Part shown: one piece after another, positions 45,646 through 56,511 of the stretch | Layout: each line of letters starts with the position of its first letter | Numbering within the stretch: position 1 is the stretch's first letter | Program-made: the position numbers and the translations under genes | Origin: Verrucomicrobiota bacterium | GTDB lineage: Bacteria; Verrucomicrobiota; Verrucomicrobiia; Opitutales; Coraliomargaritaceae | Assembly: GCA_039815375.1 (NCBI GenBank) | Contig: JBCBZJ010000009.1 | Span: 46,296 to 110,295 of the forward strand | DNA length: 64,000 nt | Direction of reading: 5' to 3' | Notes under the pieces: model-generated | Seen by the model: the letters and a program-made list of their open reading frames with translations, nothing else | What the model was told of the DNA's origin: nothing | Databases searched by the model: none

Positions 45646-46854
45646 TCAGTTTATTTCCGGTGTGCTCTGTGTACGCCGAAATTCGGTCGGAGTTTGCCCG
45701 GTGAGGTCGCGAAAAACCTGAGTGAGGTAGCGGACATTTTCGAAGCCTGCGCGCGCAGCAATTGTACTGACGTTTAAATTCGTGCTGGTGAGCAGCTCTT
45801 TAACTCGATTCATTTGGTTGCGTTGGATCTCGTTGTGGATGGAACGGCCAATCGCTTTCATGAACTTTCGGTAGGCGGTTGAATTGGACATTCCTGTGAC
45901 CGTGAGTACGTCTGCGGTCGAAATAGGGTCGTAGGCATGTTCTTTGATGTAGCGTAGTGCAAAGGCGACCTCGGGATCATCAAAAGCCATATAGCTACTG
46001 GAGTCCCGAGCAACAACGCGAGCGGGGTCGATCTCTGTCAAGGGCAGTGGCTTGGTTTCGCCATTCATCATTTGGTCCAATAACTTAGCCGTCGCATAAC
46101 CGGCATTATCCGCGTTTTGGTCGACGCTGCTTAGCCTCGGCTGTGAGAGTTCACAGAGCCAGCGGTCATTATCGACTCCGAGTACGGATACTTCTTCAGG
46201 AACCTGGATATTTTGGACAACACAGGCATCTAATACCCACCTTGCCCAGCCATCAAAGAAAACGAAAACGCCGCAAGGCTTTGGCAGGCTTTGTAGCCAT
46301 TGCTTCAAAGAATTGACCGCGTCCGGCATATTCGTCGGGTCCTTGAAGTTATGGTCATAAATTTGACATTTGTAGTCGTGTTTCGCAAGCTCTCGGACGA
46401 AACTCTCCTGTCGCTGACGACACCAAAGCGCATTTTCATCTCCCCCGCAGAAGGCAAAGTGCCGGATACCGTTGTTGATGAAGTGTTGAGCCGCGAGCCG
46501 GCCAACAGCCTCCTGATTCGTTGTCACTACGGGAAAATTGATATATTTATCAACGGTCTCTGAGTAGCTGCCAAATCCGACTTTAGGAATGTTTTGAATT
46601 TGTGCGATCTGCTTGATTGCCGGCAAGTTGATACTGGTTATGATACCGTCTGGATCCCAATGCTTCAGGCTCTCCATGCTAACCTCCATCATTGGATCCA
46701 TAAGAATGACCCAATCTGTTTTGCTCCGGATATACTCACCGACTCCACGTGCTATGCCACGGTCGAAGGCCATATCTGACTCAAGGAGCAAGGCAACTCG
46801 CTTCAGCGGGCCCGCCTGTTTCGACTTTTTCTCGGATGTCTTTTTCTTTGGCAT
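45646..46854 (-). CDS. XylR-type transcriptional regulator (periplasmic-binding-protein-like sensor + AraC HTH)
   Basis: VPEEVSVLGVDND...LSSVD and the C-terminal AraC motif IAARAGFENVRYLTQVFRDLTGQTPTEFR. Confidence 0.9.
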   Translation of the reverse strand: MPKKKTSEKKSKQAGPLKRVALLLESDMAFDRGIARGVGEYIRSKTDWVILMDPMMEVSMESLKHWDPDGIITSINLPAIKQIAQIQNIPKVGFGSYSETVDKYINFPVVTTNQEAVGRLAAQHFINNGIRHFAFCGGDENALWCRQRQESFVRELAKHDYKCQIYDHNFKDPTNMPDAVNSLKQWLQSLPKPCGVFVFFDGWARWVLDACVVQNIQVPEEVSVLGVDNDRWLCELSQPRLSSVDQNADNAGYATAKLLDQMMNGETKPLPLTEIDPARVVARDSSSYMAFDDPEVAFALRYIKEHAYDPISTADVLTVTGMSNSTAYRKFMKAIGRSIHNEIQRNQMNRVKELLTSTNLNVSTIAARAGFENVRYLTQVFRDLTGQTPTEFRRTQSTPEIN

Positions 46855-47025
46855 CTAACTCCTTGTCTGCCAGTAGCGTTTGTCGTGCGAACGGGGTTCT
46901 GTCAAAATCAATTTGAATGAAGAAATAGTGAATAAAAGTTACAGAATATTGCCATTTTGACTTGATTGGGATTTTGAATTCAGTATCAACTGTTACTTTC
47001 CTGCATCACGTCTTCCCCAATTTAA

Positions 47026-48252
47026 ATGTCCGCAAAATCTGTTTCTTACCTTTTGTTCTGGGTTCTACTCGCAGTTGTCCAACTATCTGCTGAACGAAAG
47101 TCCCCATTCAGTCTCTCTGTTGGCACCCAAAGTGTCGGAGTTCGCTACACCTTCACCGAAGATGATGCCTTGATCGAATCAGCCAAGCAAATTGCTGCTC
47201 TTGGCTCAGACACTCTCAAAATTGCGATTACGCCCAAATACGCGGACGATTACCAATTTAGCTCCGATCCATCCATTAACTCGATGCTGAAGCTTGTTCA
47301 TGCGAAGCCATCGTATTTGGAAGCGATGGATATGCCCTTCCGGAACATAATGCTCTGGGTTTATCCTTTCTGTGATTCACATGATGCTTTTTTCAAAGGC
47401 GTCTTAACGGACAAAGAATCACAGGCGATCTACGACGAGATTTATGAGTTTACGGCTTTTTTGCTGAAACGTTACTCCGGTAGCGGTAAGTCTTTTTTTC
47501 TTGGGAACTGGGAGGGAGACTGGCATCTACTCCGTGAGAACTACAACTACAATTCTGATCCGGAACCGGGAACGATCGCGGCATCCATTGAATGGTTTAA
47601 AATCCGTGAAAAGGCGATAGCAGATGCCCGGCGCGATGTTGCTCATGACGATGTCGAGGTCTACTTTTACATCGAGCTGAACCATGTCGCCAAGTCAATG
47701 GACCATGGGAAGCCTTCCATTGTGAATACTGTGCTCCCCTACATCAAGACGGACTACGTTTCCTGGTCGAGTTACGACGTGACCAAGCGGGCTGCGCTTA
47801 AGGGACGGAAGGGTAGACAGCGAGTCTTGAAAGCTCTCGATTTCATCGAAGCTCATTTGCCCGAAAGCGACATTAAGGGAAAGCGTGTTTTCTTGGGCGA
47901 GTATGGATTTCAGCTGAAGGCGTTTCCCGACCGTGAGCTACAAAGTAAATACACCGCTTCGATCATGAAGTGGGCTCTTGAGTGGGGATGCCCGTTCGTT
48001 CTCTATTGGGAACTCTACTGCAACGAGATCGATGCCTCAACTGGAGAGCACCGTGGTTATTGGCTGATTGACGATCATGGCGACAAACAGCCAGTTTGGT
48101 TTTTTCACAAGGAATTTTTGGATAAAGCAAATGCGTATGTCGCTGCTTATGAGAAAAAGCATGGTAAGTTGCCATCTCAGGAGAACTACAACCGCGTCGC
48201 TGCCTCTTGGATTGAAGAGTTTATGACTTACGACATCCGGATCGAAAAATAG
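47026..48252 (+). CDS. Secreted protein of unknown family, putative TIM-barrel glycoside hydrolase
   Basis: Signal peptide; FFLGNWEGDW, YIELN, VSWSSYD, VFLGEYG and WGCPFVLYW motifs. Paralogous to domains in 49645-53388 and 62429-63427. Confidence 0.65.
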   Translation: MSAKSVSYLLFWVLLAVVQLSAERKSPFSLSVGTQSVGVRYTFTEDDALIESAKQIAALGSDTLKIAITPKYADDYQFSSDPSINSMLKLVHAKPSYLEAMDMPFRNIMLWVYPFCDSHDAFFKGVLTDKESQAIYDEIYEFTAFLLKRYSGSGKSFFLGNWEGDWHLLRENYNYNSDPEPGTIAASIEWFKIREKAIADARRDVAHDDVEVYFYIELNHVAKSMDHGKPSIVNTVLPYIKTDYVSWSSYDVTKRAALKGRKGRQRVLKALDFIEAHLPESDIKGKRVFLGEYGFQLKAFPDRELQSKYTASIMKWALEWGCPFVLYWELYCNEIDASTGEHRGYWLIDDHGDKQPVWFFHKEFLDKANAYVAAYEKKHGKLPSQENYNRVAASWIEEFMTYDIRIEK

Positions 48253-48260
48253 TTAGGAGG

Positions 48261-49679
48261 ATGGCTAAAATGGAAGAAGAAATCAAAAAGACGGATCTAG
48301 ACCCTTCGGCTAAACTCGGATGGGGAGAGAAATTTGGATATGCTGCTGGAGACATGGCCTCATGCCTCTATTTCGGCATCTTCATGAATTTCATGGCGAT
48401 CTTCTACACGGATGTTTTTGGTATCACACCAGCCGTGCTCGCCACGATGCTACTTTTTACCCGGACATGGGATTGGATCAACGACCCGATCATGGGCGCG
48501 ATCGCGGACCGGACGAATACAAAGATGGGAAAGTTTCGGCCTTGGATTCTTTGGATGATTCCGCCCTACATGATCTTGGGGGTCCTTACCTTCACGACCT
48601 TTAACTTGGAAGGAGCCGCTAAGATCATCTATGCTTACGTTACCTATACCTTGCTGATGATGGTCTACACAGCCATCAATGTCCCCTACGGAGCATTAAT
48701 GGGTGTAATGACGGCTAAGTCCGATCAGCGCACTATACTGGCCTCATTCCGTTTTGTTGGTGCCAATGCAGGTATATTCACAGTGACACTTCTCTTGCCT
48801 ATTTTAGTGAAGAGTATCGGAGGGGGCAACGAACAGCTCGGCTACTCCGGTGCCATGGTCGTTCTGGCCTGTATGGCGGGCGGTCTGTTCTTCGTAACAT
48901 TCAAGACAAGTACCGAACGAATAAAGCCACTGGAAAAGAAACATGAGCCGGTGGTGAAGGAACTGAAGGAGCTGGTTCGAAATGTTCCCTGGCTCATCGT
49001 TATCGCTCTCAGTATTCTCACTGTTTTGGCCCAAGCAATCCGTGGGACGCCGCTTCTGCATTTCTTCAAATACGTTGTGGGTAACGAAGACTGGGGCACG
49101 AAATTGCTACTTTACAATTCTGTGGCTGCAATCATCGCCGTCTTGTTGAGTAAGTGGATCGTTAATCTGTTCGGTTGCAAAAAGCGTGCTTATATTATCC
49201 TGAACCTTCTCTTTGCGGCCATACTCGTTTGGTTCTATTTCATACCGATCGACAATTTCCGGCTCATGATTGTCAACCAATTGATGATTGCTTTTGTCGC
49301 TGCACCGATGATGCCGCTCTTCTGGTCAATGATCGCCGATACGGCAGACTATGGCGCAGCAAAATTCGGGCATCGATCAACAGGCATCATTTTTTCGGCC
49401 GGCACCGCTTCGCAAAAGATTGGTTGGACCGTCGGGCCAGCTTTGACTATGCTTGTTCTTGGTGCTGTCGGATACGTGGCGAATCAAGAGCAGACACCGC
49501 AAGCACAGTCTGCCTTGCATCTCATGATGAGTATAATTCCCGCTGGCTGTGCTGTGCTGACTGCTTTGGTTACCTGTTTCTACCCGATCAATCACAAGGT
49601 TGAAAAGGAGCTGGAAGAAGCGATGAGTGAGATGAATAAGGCAGATGCCGATGCAGTCGATAAAGGTTGCCATGGGTAA
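48261..49679 (+). CDS. MFS glycoside-pentoside-hexuronide (GPH):cation symporter
   Basis: EKFGYAAGD, DWINDPIMGAIADRTNTKMGKFRPW and MIADTADYG motifs. Confidence 0.93.
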   Translation: MAKMEEEIKKTDLDPSAKLGWGEKFGYAAGDMASCLYFGIFMNFMAIFYTDVFGITPAVLATMLLFTRTWDWINDPIMGAIADRTNTKMGKFRPWILWMIPPYMILGVLTFTTFNLEGAAKIIYAYVTYTLLMMVYTAINVPYGALMGVMTAKSDQRTILASFRFVGANAGIFTVTLLLPILVKSIGGGNEQLGYSGAMVVLACMAGGLFFVTFKTSTERIKPLEKKHEPVVKELKELVRNVPWLIVIALSILTVLAQAIRGTPLLHFFKYVVGNEDWGTKLLLYNSVAAIIAVLLSKWIVNLFGCKKRAYIILNLLFAAILVWFYFIPIDNFRLMIVNQLMIAFVAAPMMPLFWSMIADTADYGAAKFGHRSTGIIFSAGTASQKIGWTVGPALTMLVLGAVGYVANQEQTPQAQSALHLMMSIIPAGCAVLTALVTCFYPINHKVEKELEEAMSEMNKADADAVDKGCHG

Positions 49680-52600
49680 CAAAAAACGAGGCTCAAAAAT
49701 CTGCAACAAATGCATCCGAAAGATTCTTACGTCATCGCCTAGAACAGTTGTTATTGTGCTATTGGTTCTATCCATAGGGCCATGGTTGAGAGCTGAAATG
49801 GTGACTTTCGGAGACGAAAGCGTTTCTACCGGGTGGATTAATCTGGCACTCCAGAACGGCGTCAATAATTCCGAGCGCGCCTACTACACTGTGAACGGGG
49901 TGACACCGAGCGGAGAGATTGTCTTCTGGCTCACTATTGATAGCGCTAACCCGATACGTCGTGATGCGGATGAATTGATGGTCGCCGAAGGTCTTGGCAA
50001 TAATGATATCGACAGTCGTAGTTGGTCTGAAGACAGCGACGATGAGTGGATCGAGTTTAAGTTTTTTGTCACAGGTCCTGGTGCTTCAGATATTGTCAAT
50101 TTGAGTTTTAAAGAGTTAGGCCTTAGTCGAAGTGCTGATGACTCGGTTGAATTCGAAGACGGAATTGGAAGCAGTGTGACGCACTATTTGAGTGATCCTA
50201 GCGTGATTAGCAGTTACGCAGAAGGGGATAGGCTTGAAGGTTTGGATCCATTGACGCTGTCGAATGTCGGTGGGATCGGTGACGGGACCTGGGCACTTCG
50301 TATGACGGCTCGTGCGTTCGGACAGGATACGGAAAATGACACGAGCTTCCGTGTCACCACCCTTACATTTGAGTATGAGGTTGCGATTACGGATGTTCAG
50401 CATCCGCTCCCTGCAAACGATCTACTGCTCCACTTTGATGCCGCATCCCTGATAGGTTCCACGGATGGTGCGGTTATGGGCGGTGCCTGGCCGGATTCTT
50501 CGGGGATGGAGAACAACGCAGATTCTTCTCAAAGGCCTCAGTTCCTTGCCGACGGCGGCGGTGGTTATCCGGCAGTGCGCTTTGATGGGACGGATGATTA
50601 TCTGGAAGTGCCTGTCTCGCTCGGGACAGAAGCGAGTGTTTTCATTGTATTCTCCAACGAACGAAGTTCGCTCCTGGCCGATACAAGCGATACGCTTTTG
50701 GCGACGAATGGCGATGGTTTGGAGATCAGCTCAAGTAAGAGTAGTGCAACTGCTCCCGACTACCCTGCCTTCAACACTAAAACTGGAGCGGGCATAACAA
50801 GCAGTATCTGGGTGGATGGGATGGATGTCTCCGACTTAACTGGAGAGATTTTTAGTGATCGCTACTACATTGGCTCTGCAGTTTACACTCAGATGCCGAA
50901 TTCCAGTTCTCTTTTTATCGGTTCAACAGAGGCGACCGGCTCTGATGCCGGCCAGAACGATATCCGCGAGATTCTCGTTTATGACTCAGTATTGACGGAT
51001 GCCGAACGGCGCGAGGTAGAGGCTTACCTTTCGGAGAAGTATCGTATCGGGATCAGACGGTACGCGTCTGATCATCCTGTTGAATCATTCGTGCACATAC
51101 TGGGATCACAGCAATTCGGAACACAGTACAGTTTCGGTGAGGCTGGTATTCGTGCTTTGGATTATGCATATGGCACCTTGGCTCAGGGGGGACGAATTGC
51201 AAAGTTTCGCTTATCTAACAAGTACGACACTGCCGATGGTTTTACGCAAGTAGCAGCCATAGATTCTCTGACTGAACTTGTCCGCGACCAGCCTGAGATT
51301 AAGGAAATTCTGGATCTTCCCTTTACCGATTATCAGTTCTGGGTGTCAACTTTTGCTGTTGCGGACTGGACGAACCAAATCGATGAGTCAGGTGGCGGCC
51401 TGATTGCTTCGAAGAGAGCGGAGATTTATGACGAGATCTACGATCTGACAGTTTATCTTTTGGAAACCTACAGCGGCACCGGTAAATCTTTCTTCTTAGG
51501 TAATTGGGAAGGCGATTGGAAACTTGCTGGCCCCAATCGAAGCGACCCAACCCAGATTCCAGCCACGCGGATTGCGGCTCAAATCGACTGGGCCAATACC
51601 CGCCAAAAAGCAATTGATGATGCGAAGGCGGCCACGACTCACAATGACGTCAATGTCTGGTATTACCTTGAAGCAAACAAGATGGACTGGGCCCGTGAAG
51701 GTCTACCTTGTATTGTAAACGACGTGATTCCGGAAATGCCTAAGCTGGACTTCATTTCCTTCTCCTCCTACAGTATTCATAAGGAAGATACGCAGACGGC
51801 ACCAGTAGGGCGCTTTCACGAAGATTTGGATAGACTCCAGGCACTCATTGATGCCAAGCCGGACAACTCCATAGCTGGCAGCCGCATAATTATTGGCGAA
51901 TACGGGTTTCAGTATAACTCCGGTAATTTTGAAAACTTCGAGGAGTTTGCCAGTGAGCACGCACTCACAGTGCGTAATTATCTTTCCTGGCAAGGTGGGA
52001 CAATCCGCAACATTTTGCAATGGCAGTTCTTCAACCAATCGACTGCGGAGTCCGGTGCTGCAAAAGAGATGTCTCAGATCGGCCCTCAGAATGATGTGCG
52101 TCCCTTGTATTACATGCATGAGAACTTCATCCGTAGGATGCGCGATTGGCTCGCCGATTACTATGAAGCTCATGGCACACTTCCTTCTGATCGTGCTTAC
52201 ATGGATGAGGCCATATTGCAATTCGATCAGACCTTGGTTGAAGAGTATGATCCTGATGTTTCGCCTTGGCCAAATCAAGTCGGCCAGTCGGTAGATGGAT
52301 ACATGATACCCGATACGGTCTCCGATGTCGCGCAGCAGGATGCCGCAGTGGTCTATGACCGCTACGGGAACCTCATGTCCCTCTCTCTCGATTCTTTTGA
52401 CTGGTCTCTAAGCCCCGAGCAACAAGGCCTTTCGGTTGACAACACCGGCCTTCTCTCAATTCAGGGTAATGCCAGCCCAGGGGACTACACGATTTCTGTC
52501 AGTTCCAGTGCATACCCTTATCTTGATACCCAGCTCAACATCAAAGCCGAGCTGCCGGTGGCGAGTATCTACGATAAATTGACAGACTTTTCCAAAACGG

Positions 52601-53388
52601 ATGGTGTGAATCCTAACCTCGGTATTGTATCTAATAATGCAGAAATCCACTTTGAGGGGGATAATGATCGTGTGAACCGTCTCGGAAGCACGGATCCTGA
52701 AGCCATCACTTGGTATGTTCCCGGCCTTAACCGATTCTACGCAAAAGTCTATCATTCCAATAGTATCGCTCTCGACGAAAAGATTTCGGTAGAGACCTCT
52801 ACCGACGGCAGTTCATGGACTCCCCTCAGCCTCCGGGTCGATCCTGTAACGGTAACTTCCGACACCTGGAATCGTAGCTGGATCGCACCGCTTAATCCTC
52901 TGCCGGCAAATACGAACTACCTTCGAATTCTGCTGATCTTTCCATCCAAAACCTGGAATCCGCAAATTGGCGAAGTCATTCTCTTCGGCGAAGATACCGG
53001 ATATAGTTTTTGGAAGCAGAAGGAGTTTGAAACTGAATCGGATCGGAATGATCCTGCCATTTCCGGCCCAGAAGCCGATCCATCCGGTTCGGGTGTCTCT
53101 AATCTCTATCGCTACTTTACGGATATGTCCGCAGGCGAGATTGATTCTACCTTACTTCCGAAGCTGGTGGATGAGGAAGCCGGCATTCGCTATGCCATAC
53201 CTTTTGATTCTACCAAGAGTGATGTGCTTACAAAGGTAAAGGCATCGACGGATTTGAGCAGTTGGGATTATACACTTTTTGATTCAACAGTTGACGAGGC
53301 TTTGCTGGAAGACGGTAGGCTGTTCTTTGATGAGAGTGAGCTGCCAGAAAGTGATCGGTATTTCTTCAGGCTGGAGTTGTCGGAGTGA
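49645..53388 (+). CDS. Large secreted multimodular protein: LamG-like domain + putative GH domain + beta-sandwich modules + Verrucomicrobia-type C-terminal domain
   Basis: LLLHFDAAS...AVRFDGTDDYL (LamG-like), GNWEGDW and IIIGEYG (GH-like), then YSFWKQKEF...ADPSGSGVSNLYRYF and a terminal YFFRLELSE. The start may be ATG at 49672. Confidence 0.72.
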   Translation: MPMQSIKVAMGNKKRGSKICNKCIRKILTSSPRTVVIVLLVLSIGPWLRAEMVTFGDESVSTGWINLALQNGVNNSERAYYTVNGVTPSGEIVFWLTIDSANPIRRDADELMVAEGLGNNDIDSRSWSEDSDDEWIEFKFFVTGPGASDIVNLSFKELGLSRSADDSVEFEDGIGSSVTHYLSDPSVISSYAEGDRLEGLDPLTLSNVGGIGDGTWALRMTARAFGQDTENDTSFRVTTLTFEYEVAITDVQHPLPANDLLLHFDAASLIGSTDGAVMGGAWPDSSGMENNADSSQRPQFLADGGGGYPAVRFDGTDDYLEVPVSLGTEASVFIVFSNERSSLLADTSDTLLATNGDGLEISSSKSSATAPDYPAFNTKTGAGITSSIWVDGMDVSDLTGEIFSDRYYIGSAVYTQMPNSSSLFIGSTEATGSDAGQNDIREILVYDSVLTDAERREVEAYLSEKYRIGIRRYASDHPVESFVHILGSQQFGTQYSFGEAGIRALDYAYGTLAQGGRIAKFRLSNKYDTADGFTQVAAIDSLTELVRDQPEIKEILDLPFTDYQFWVSTFAVADWTNQIDESGGGLIASKRAEIYDEIYDLTVYLLETYSGTGKSFFLGNWEGDWKLAGPNRSDPTQIPATRIAAQIDWANTRQKAIDDAKAATTHNDVNVWYYLEANKMDWAREGLPCIVNDVIPEMPKLDFISFSSYSIHKEDTQTAPVGRFHEDLDRLQALIDAKPDNSIAGSRIIIGEYGFQYNSGNFENFEEFASEHALTVRNYLSWQGGTIRNILQWQFFNQSTAESGAAKEMSQIGPQNDVRPLYYMHENFIRRMRDWLADYYEAHGTLPSDRAYMDEAILQFDQTLVEEYDPDVSPWPNQVGQSVDGYMIPDTVSDVAQQDAAVVYDRYGNLMSLSLDSFDWSLSPEQQGLSVDNTGLLSIQGNASPGDYTISVSSSAYPYLDTQLNIKAELPVASIYDKLTDFSKTDGVNPNLGIVSNNAEIHFEGDNDRVNRLGSTDPEAITWYVPGLNRFYAKVYHSNSIALDEKISVETSTDGSSWTPLSLRVDPVTVTSDTWNRSWIAPLNPLPANTNYLRILLIFPSKTWNPQIGEVILFGEDTGYSFWKQKEFETESDRNDPAISGPEADPSGSGVSNLYRYFTDMSAGEIDSTLLPKLVDEEAGIRYAIPFDSTKSDVLTKVKASTDLSSWDYTLFDSTVDEALLEDGRLFFDESELPESDRYFFRLELSE

Positions 53389-53412
53389 TTCTTCATTATA
53401 GCAGTTACTGCT

Positions 53413-54999
53413 ATGATAAGAATATTATGTTTCTGCTTTGCCTTTTTCGGGTGTGCATATGGAAGAGCCCCTAACATTATTTTCGTCTTTAGTGATGATC
53501 ATGCCACTCAAGCGATCAGTGCGTACGGCCACCCTATTGCGAAGCTGGCACCAACGCCCAACCTCGACCGCCTGGCGGAAGAAGGGATGCGTTTCGACCG
53601 TTGTTTGGTAACTAATTCTATTTGTGGTCCAAGTCGTGCGACGATTCTGACTGGTAAATATAGCCACCTCAACGGATTCTATTTTAACGAGTTCACTCAT
53701 TTTGACGGGGCTCAAGAGACCTTCCCGAAATTATTGCGAGCAGGTGGTTACCAGACAGCAATCATCGGAAAGTGGCACCTCGGCTCTGAGCCTACAGGAT
53801 TTGACCATTGGGAAGTCCTTCCGGGGCAAGGGCTCTATTATCGACCTGAGTTTCGAGGGGCAGAAGGCTTAAAGACGGAGGACGGCTATGTCACTGACGT
53901 TGTTACTGACAAGGCCATAGAATGGTTGGAACATAAACGTGATCCTAAAAAGCCCTTTATGATGATGGTCCAGCATAAGGCTCCACACCGAGAATGGTCA
54001 CCACCGATTAAATACCTCGATTTGTTCAATGGCGTCAGCTTTCCAGAGCCGGCGACCCTTTTTGATGATTACCGTGCTCGAACAACTGCAGCCCACGACC
54101 AAGACATGACCTTGGCCCGCACCTTCGAGAAGGACCGAGATATGAAAGTCGATGTGCGCAGGAAAGATTCTACATTTTATAAACGCGTCTACTCCAGAAT
54201 TTCACCGGAGCAGCAGATTCAGTGGGATCGTAATCTTGATCAACGTGAAGCCATCTACAATGATCCTGACATGAAGGGCGTCGCGCTTGTGCGATGGAAA
54301 TACCAAAGTTATCTTCGTGATTATCTCGGCTGCGTGCGCTCATTGGATGACAACATCGGTCGTTTGCAGGACTACCTTGATCAAAATGGATTAACTGAAA
54401 ACACAGTCTTCGTGTATTCCTCTGACCAAGGCTTTTATTTGGGAGAGCATGGCTGGTTCGACAAACGCTTCATGTATGATGAATCCTATCGCACGCCTTT
54501 ACTGGTTCGTTGGCCTGGAATGATAGAGCCTGGTTCCGTGAATACCGACCTTGTTTCGAACCTCGATTTCGCGCAGACCTTTCTGGAAATTGCCGGTCTC
54601 TCTCAACCAAAAGCCATGCAGGGCACCAGTCTACTGCCGCTCCTAGTTGGGAAGGCGCCCCATGACTGGAGGAAGTACCATTACTATCATTACTACGAGT
54701 ATCCCGGTTGGCATATGGTGCAGCGCCACGAAGGTGTCTACGATGGCCGATACAAGCTGATCCACTTCTATGATCTGAATGAGTGGGAGCTTATCGATAT
54801 GGAAACGGATCCGCACGAACTCAAGAACCAGTTCCACAATTCCGAATATACTGCCGTCAAAGAGCGCATGCATCTAGCTCTTGATGCGATGAAGAAACGC
54901 TACAAAGTACCGGATGGGATTCCTCCACCTCGCCGAGGAGTCGATCCGATGCGTTACTATTCGACTGAGCGAAAAGCTATCGAACTATTGAAAAAATAG
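53413..54999 (+). CDS. Formylglycine-dependent sulfatase (S1 family, GlcNAc-6-sulfatase-like)
   Basis: [29 protein letters not shown] and [16 protein letters not shown] motifs. Confidence 0.93.
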   Translation: MIRILCFCFAFFGCAYGRAPNIIFVFSDDHATQAISAYGHPIAKLAPTPNLDRLAEEGMRFDRCLVTNSICGPSRATILTGKYSHLNGFYFNEFTHFDGAQETFPKLLRAGGYQTAIIGKWHLGSEPTGFDHWEVLPGQGLYYRPEFRGAEGLKTEDGYVTDVVTDKAIEWLEHKRDPKKPFMMMVQHKAPHREWSPPIKYLDLFNGVSFPEPATLFDDYRARTTAAHDQDMTLARTFEKDRDMKVDVRRKDSTFYKRVYSRISPEQQIQWDRNLDQREAIYNDPDMKGVALVRWKYQSYLRDYLGCVRSLDDNIGRLQDYLDQNGLTENTVFVYSSDQGFYLGEHGWFDKRFMYDESYRTPLLVRWPGMIEPGSVNTDLVSNLDFAQTFLEIAGLSQPKAMQGTSLLPLLVGKAPHDWRKYHYYHYYEYPGWHMVQRHEGVYDGRYKLIHFYDLNEWELIDMETDPHELKNQFHNSEYTAVKERMHLALDAMKKRYKVPDGIPPPRRGVDPMRYYSTERKAIELLKK

Positions 55000-55003
55000 C
55001 CCT

Positions 55004-56485
55004 TTAATTGCGTTTCCGGATGCCTCCACTGGCAAGGCGTTTTTTACTTTCCCGTTCTTGCTGCTGAACAAATTCCTTTAGCGCTACAGGATTATCTCGA
55101 TTGAGGAATGGTTCTAGAGCAGGGTCATTCATCGCTTTCATCCATGCCTGCAGAGAAGTTCTAAGTTCTTCAATCTCTTCGGCATAGCGTGGGTCATTGA
55201 TGAGGTTGTGCAGTGCGTCCGGGTCTTTCTTATAATCGTAGAACTCCTCCACAGTTCGGTGATTGAAGTGTTGGATACGCCCTTGAATCTGTGGATTGTC
55301 CTTGGCTGCACCCTGCATTGCTTTGTATGTCGGCGAGTAAAGTGTGGCTGATTTGAAGAGACGCTTCCCATTGGACCATGGATTAAAAATGTAGCCGTAG
55401 CGTCTGGTTTCGATGGCTCGCATGGGGTTCCGGGCACCACCTGCGTTTTCATGGAACTCTTTAAATACACGATCGCGTCCATCTTGTGACTGTCCTTTCA
55501 AAAGAGGAGCGAAGCTCCGGCCATCCATACCTTCTGGAGCATTGATCCCGCAGAGCTCGAGAATTGTTGGCATGAAATCGATTGCCGAGATCATGTGTTC
55601 TTTATCTACAGATCCCGGTTCAATTAGTCCGGGAATGCGGACAATCCAAGGCGTGCGTGTGCTGTGGTGATACAAGTTGGTTTTTGCGAAGGGGAAGGGC
55701 ATACCGTGATCCGAGAGAAACATGACGATGGTGTTCTCTGCTTCACCGGACTCCTGGAGGGCCTGCAGTGCGGCTCCGACAAGATCATCGGCGCGACGCA
55801 CACTGTTGTAGTAGTTGGTAACGTCTTGCCGGACTTTTTTGATGTCCGGCAGAAAACCGGGGACGACAACCTCATCTTGCGTAAAAATCCGAGAGGGTGG
55901 GAAGTTGTCATGCCCCTTCTTCTTAGCGGCTTGACTGCTAAATAGCGGGTGGTGCGGGTCAGATATATTGAGGACGAAGTAGAAGGGTTTTTCCTGCTCC
56001 AGGCTGTCGTTAATAAAATTACCAGTCAAACGATGCACTTCGTCGATACTCTTGATACTGCCTTTGCTTCCAGCGGACTGCATGACCTTATCCCAGCCGT
56101 ATTTTGAAAGCGGTGTGGTGTCGACGACTTTACCCCATATGCCGGTTTTGTAGCCTGCATTTTTCAATAGGTCCGGTAGTATTGGAAAATCAACTACAAC
56201 ATCATAGAAGCCTTCGACGCCGTTCTTTTGAGGGTAGCGGCCGGTTTGTAGGACATTACGTGACGGTGTGCAGTTCGGGACTTGAACGTGGGCATATTCG
56301 AAACGCATGCCATCTGCAGCAAGTGCATCCAGATTTGGCGTTGTGTCCGGAATAGGGCAGCCGAAAACGCCGACTGAATCCGCATTCATATCATCAACGG
56401 TAATGAAGAGCACGTTCGGCTGGCTCGCAGTGCTCAGATTCAGTGCAACGAGCAGAGGGAGGAAGGCCTGTTTGAGGATACTCAT
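55004..56485 (-). CDS. Formylglycine-dependent sulfatase (S1 family, sulfamidase-like)
   Basis: PNVLFITVDDM, CTPSRNVLQTGRYP and SDHGMPFPFAKTNLY motifs. Confidence 0.92.
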   Translation of the reverse strand: MSILKQAFLPLLVALNLSTASQPNVLFITVDDMNADSVGVFGCPIPDTTPNLDALAADGMRFEYAHVQVPNCTPSRNVLQTGRYPQKNGVEGFYDVVVDFPILPDLLKNAGYKTGIWGKVVDTTPLSKYGWDKVMQSAGSKGSIKSIDEVHRLTGNFINDSLEQEKPFYFVLNISDPHHPLFSSQAAKKKGHDNFPPSRIFTQDEVVVPGFLPDIKKVRQDVTNYYNSVRRADDLVGAALQALQESGEAENTIVMFLSDHGMPFPFAKTNLYHHSTRTPWIVRIPGLIEPGSVDKEHMISAIDFMPTILELCGINAPEGMDGRSFAPLLKGQSQDGRDRVFKEFHENAGGARNPMRAIETRRYGYIFNPWSNGKRLFKSATLYSPTYKAMQGAAKDNPQIQGRIQHFNHRTVEEFYDYKKDPDALHNLINDPRYAEEIEELRTSLQAWMKAMNDPALEPFLNRDNPVALKEFVQQQERESKKRLASGGIRKRN

Positions 56486-56511
56486 GAAGCAATTGTATTT
56501 CTCGATCTTAG

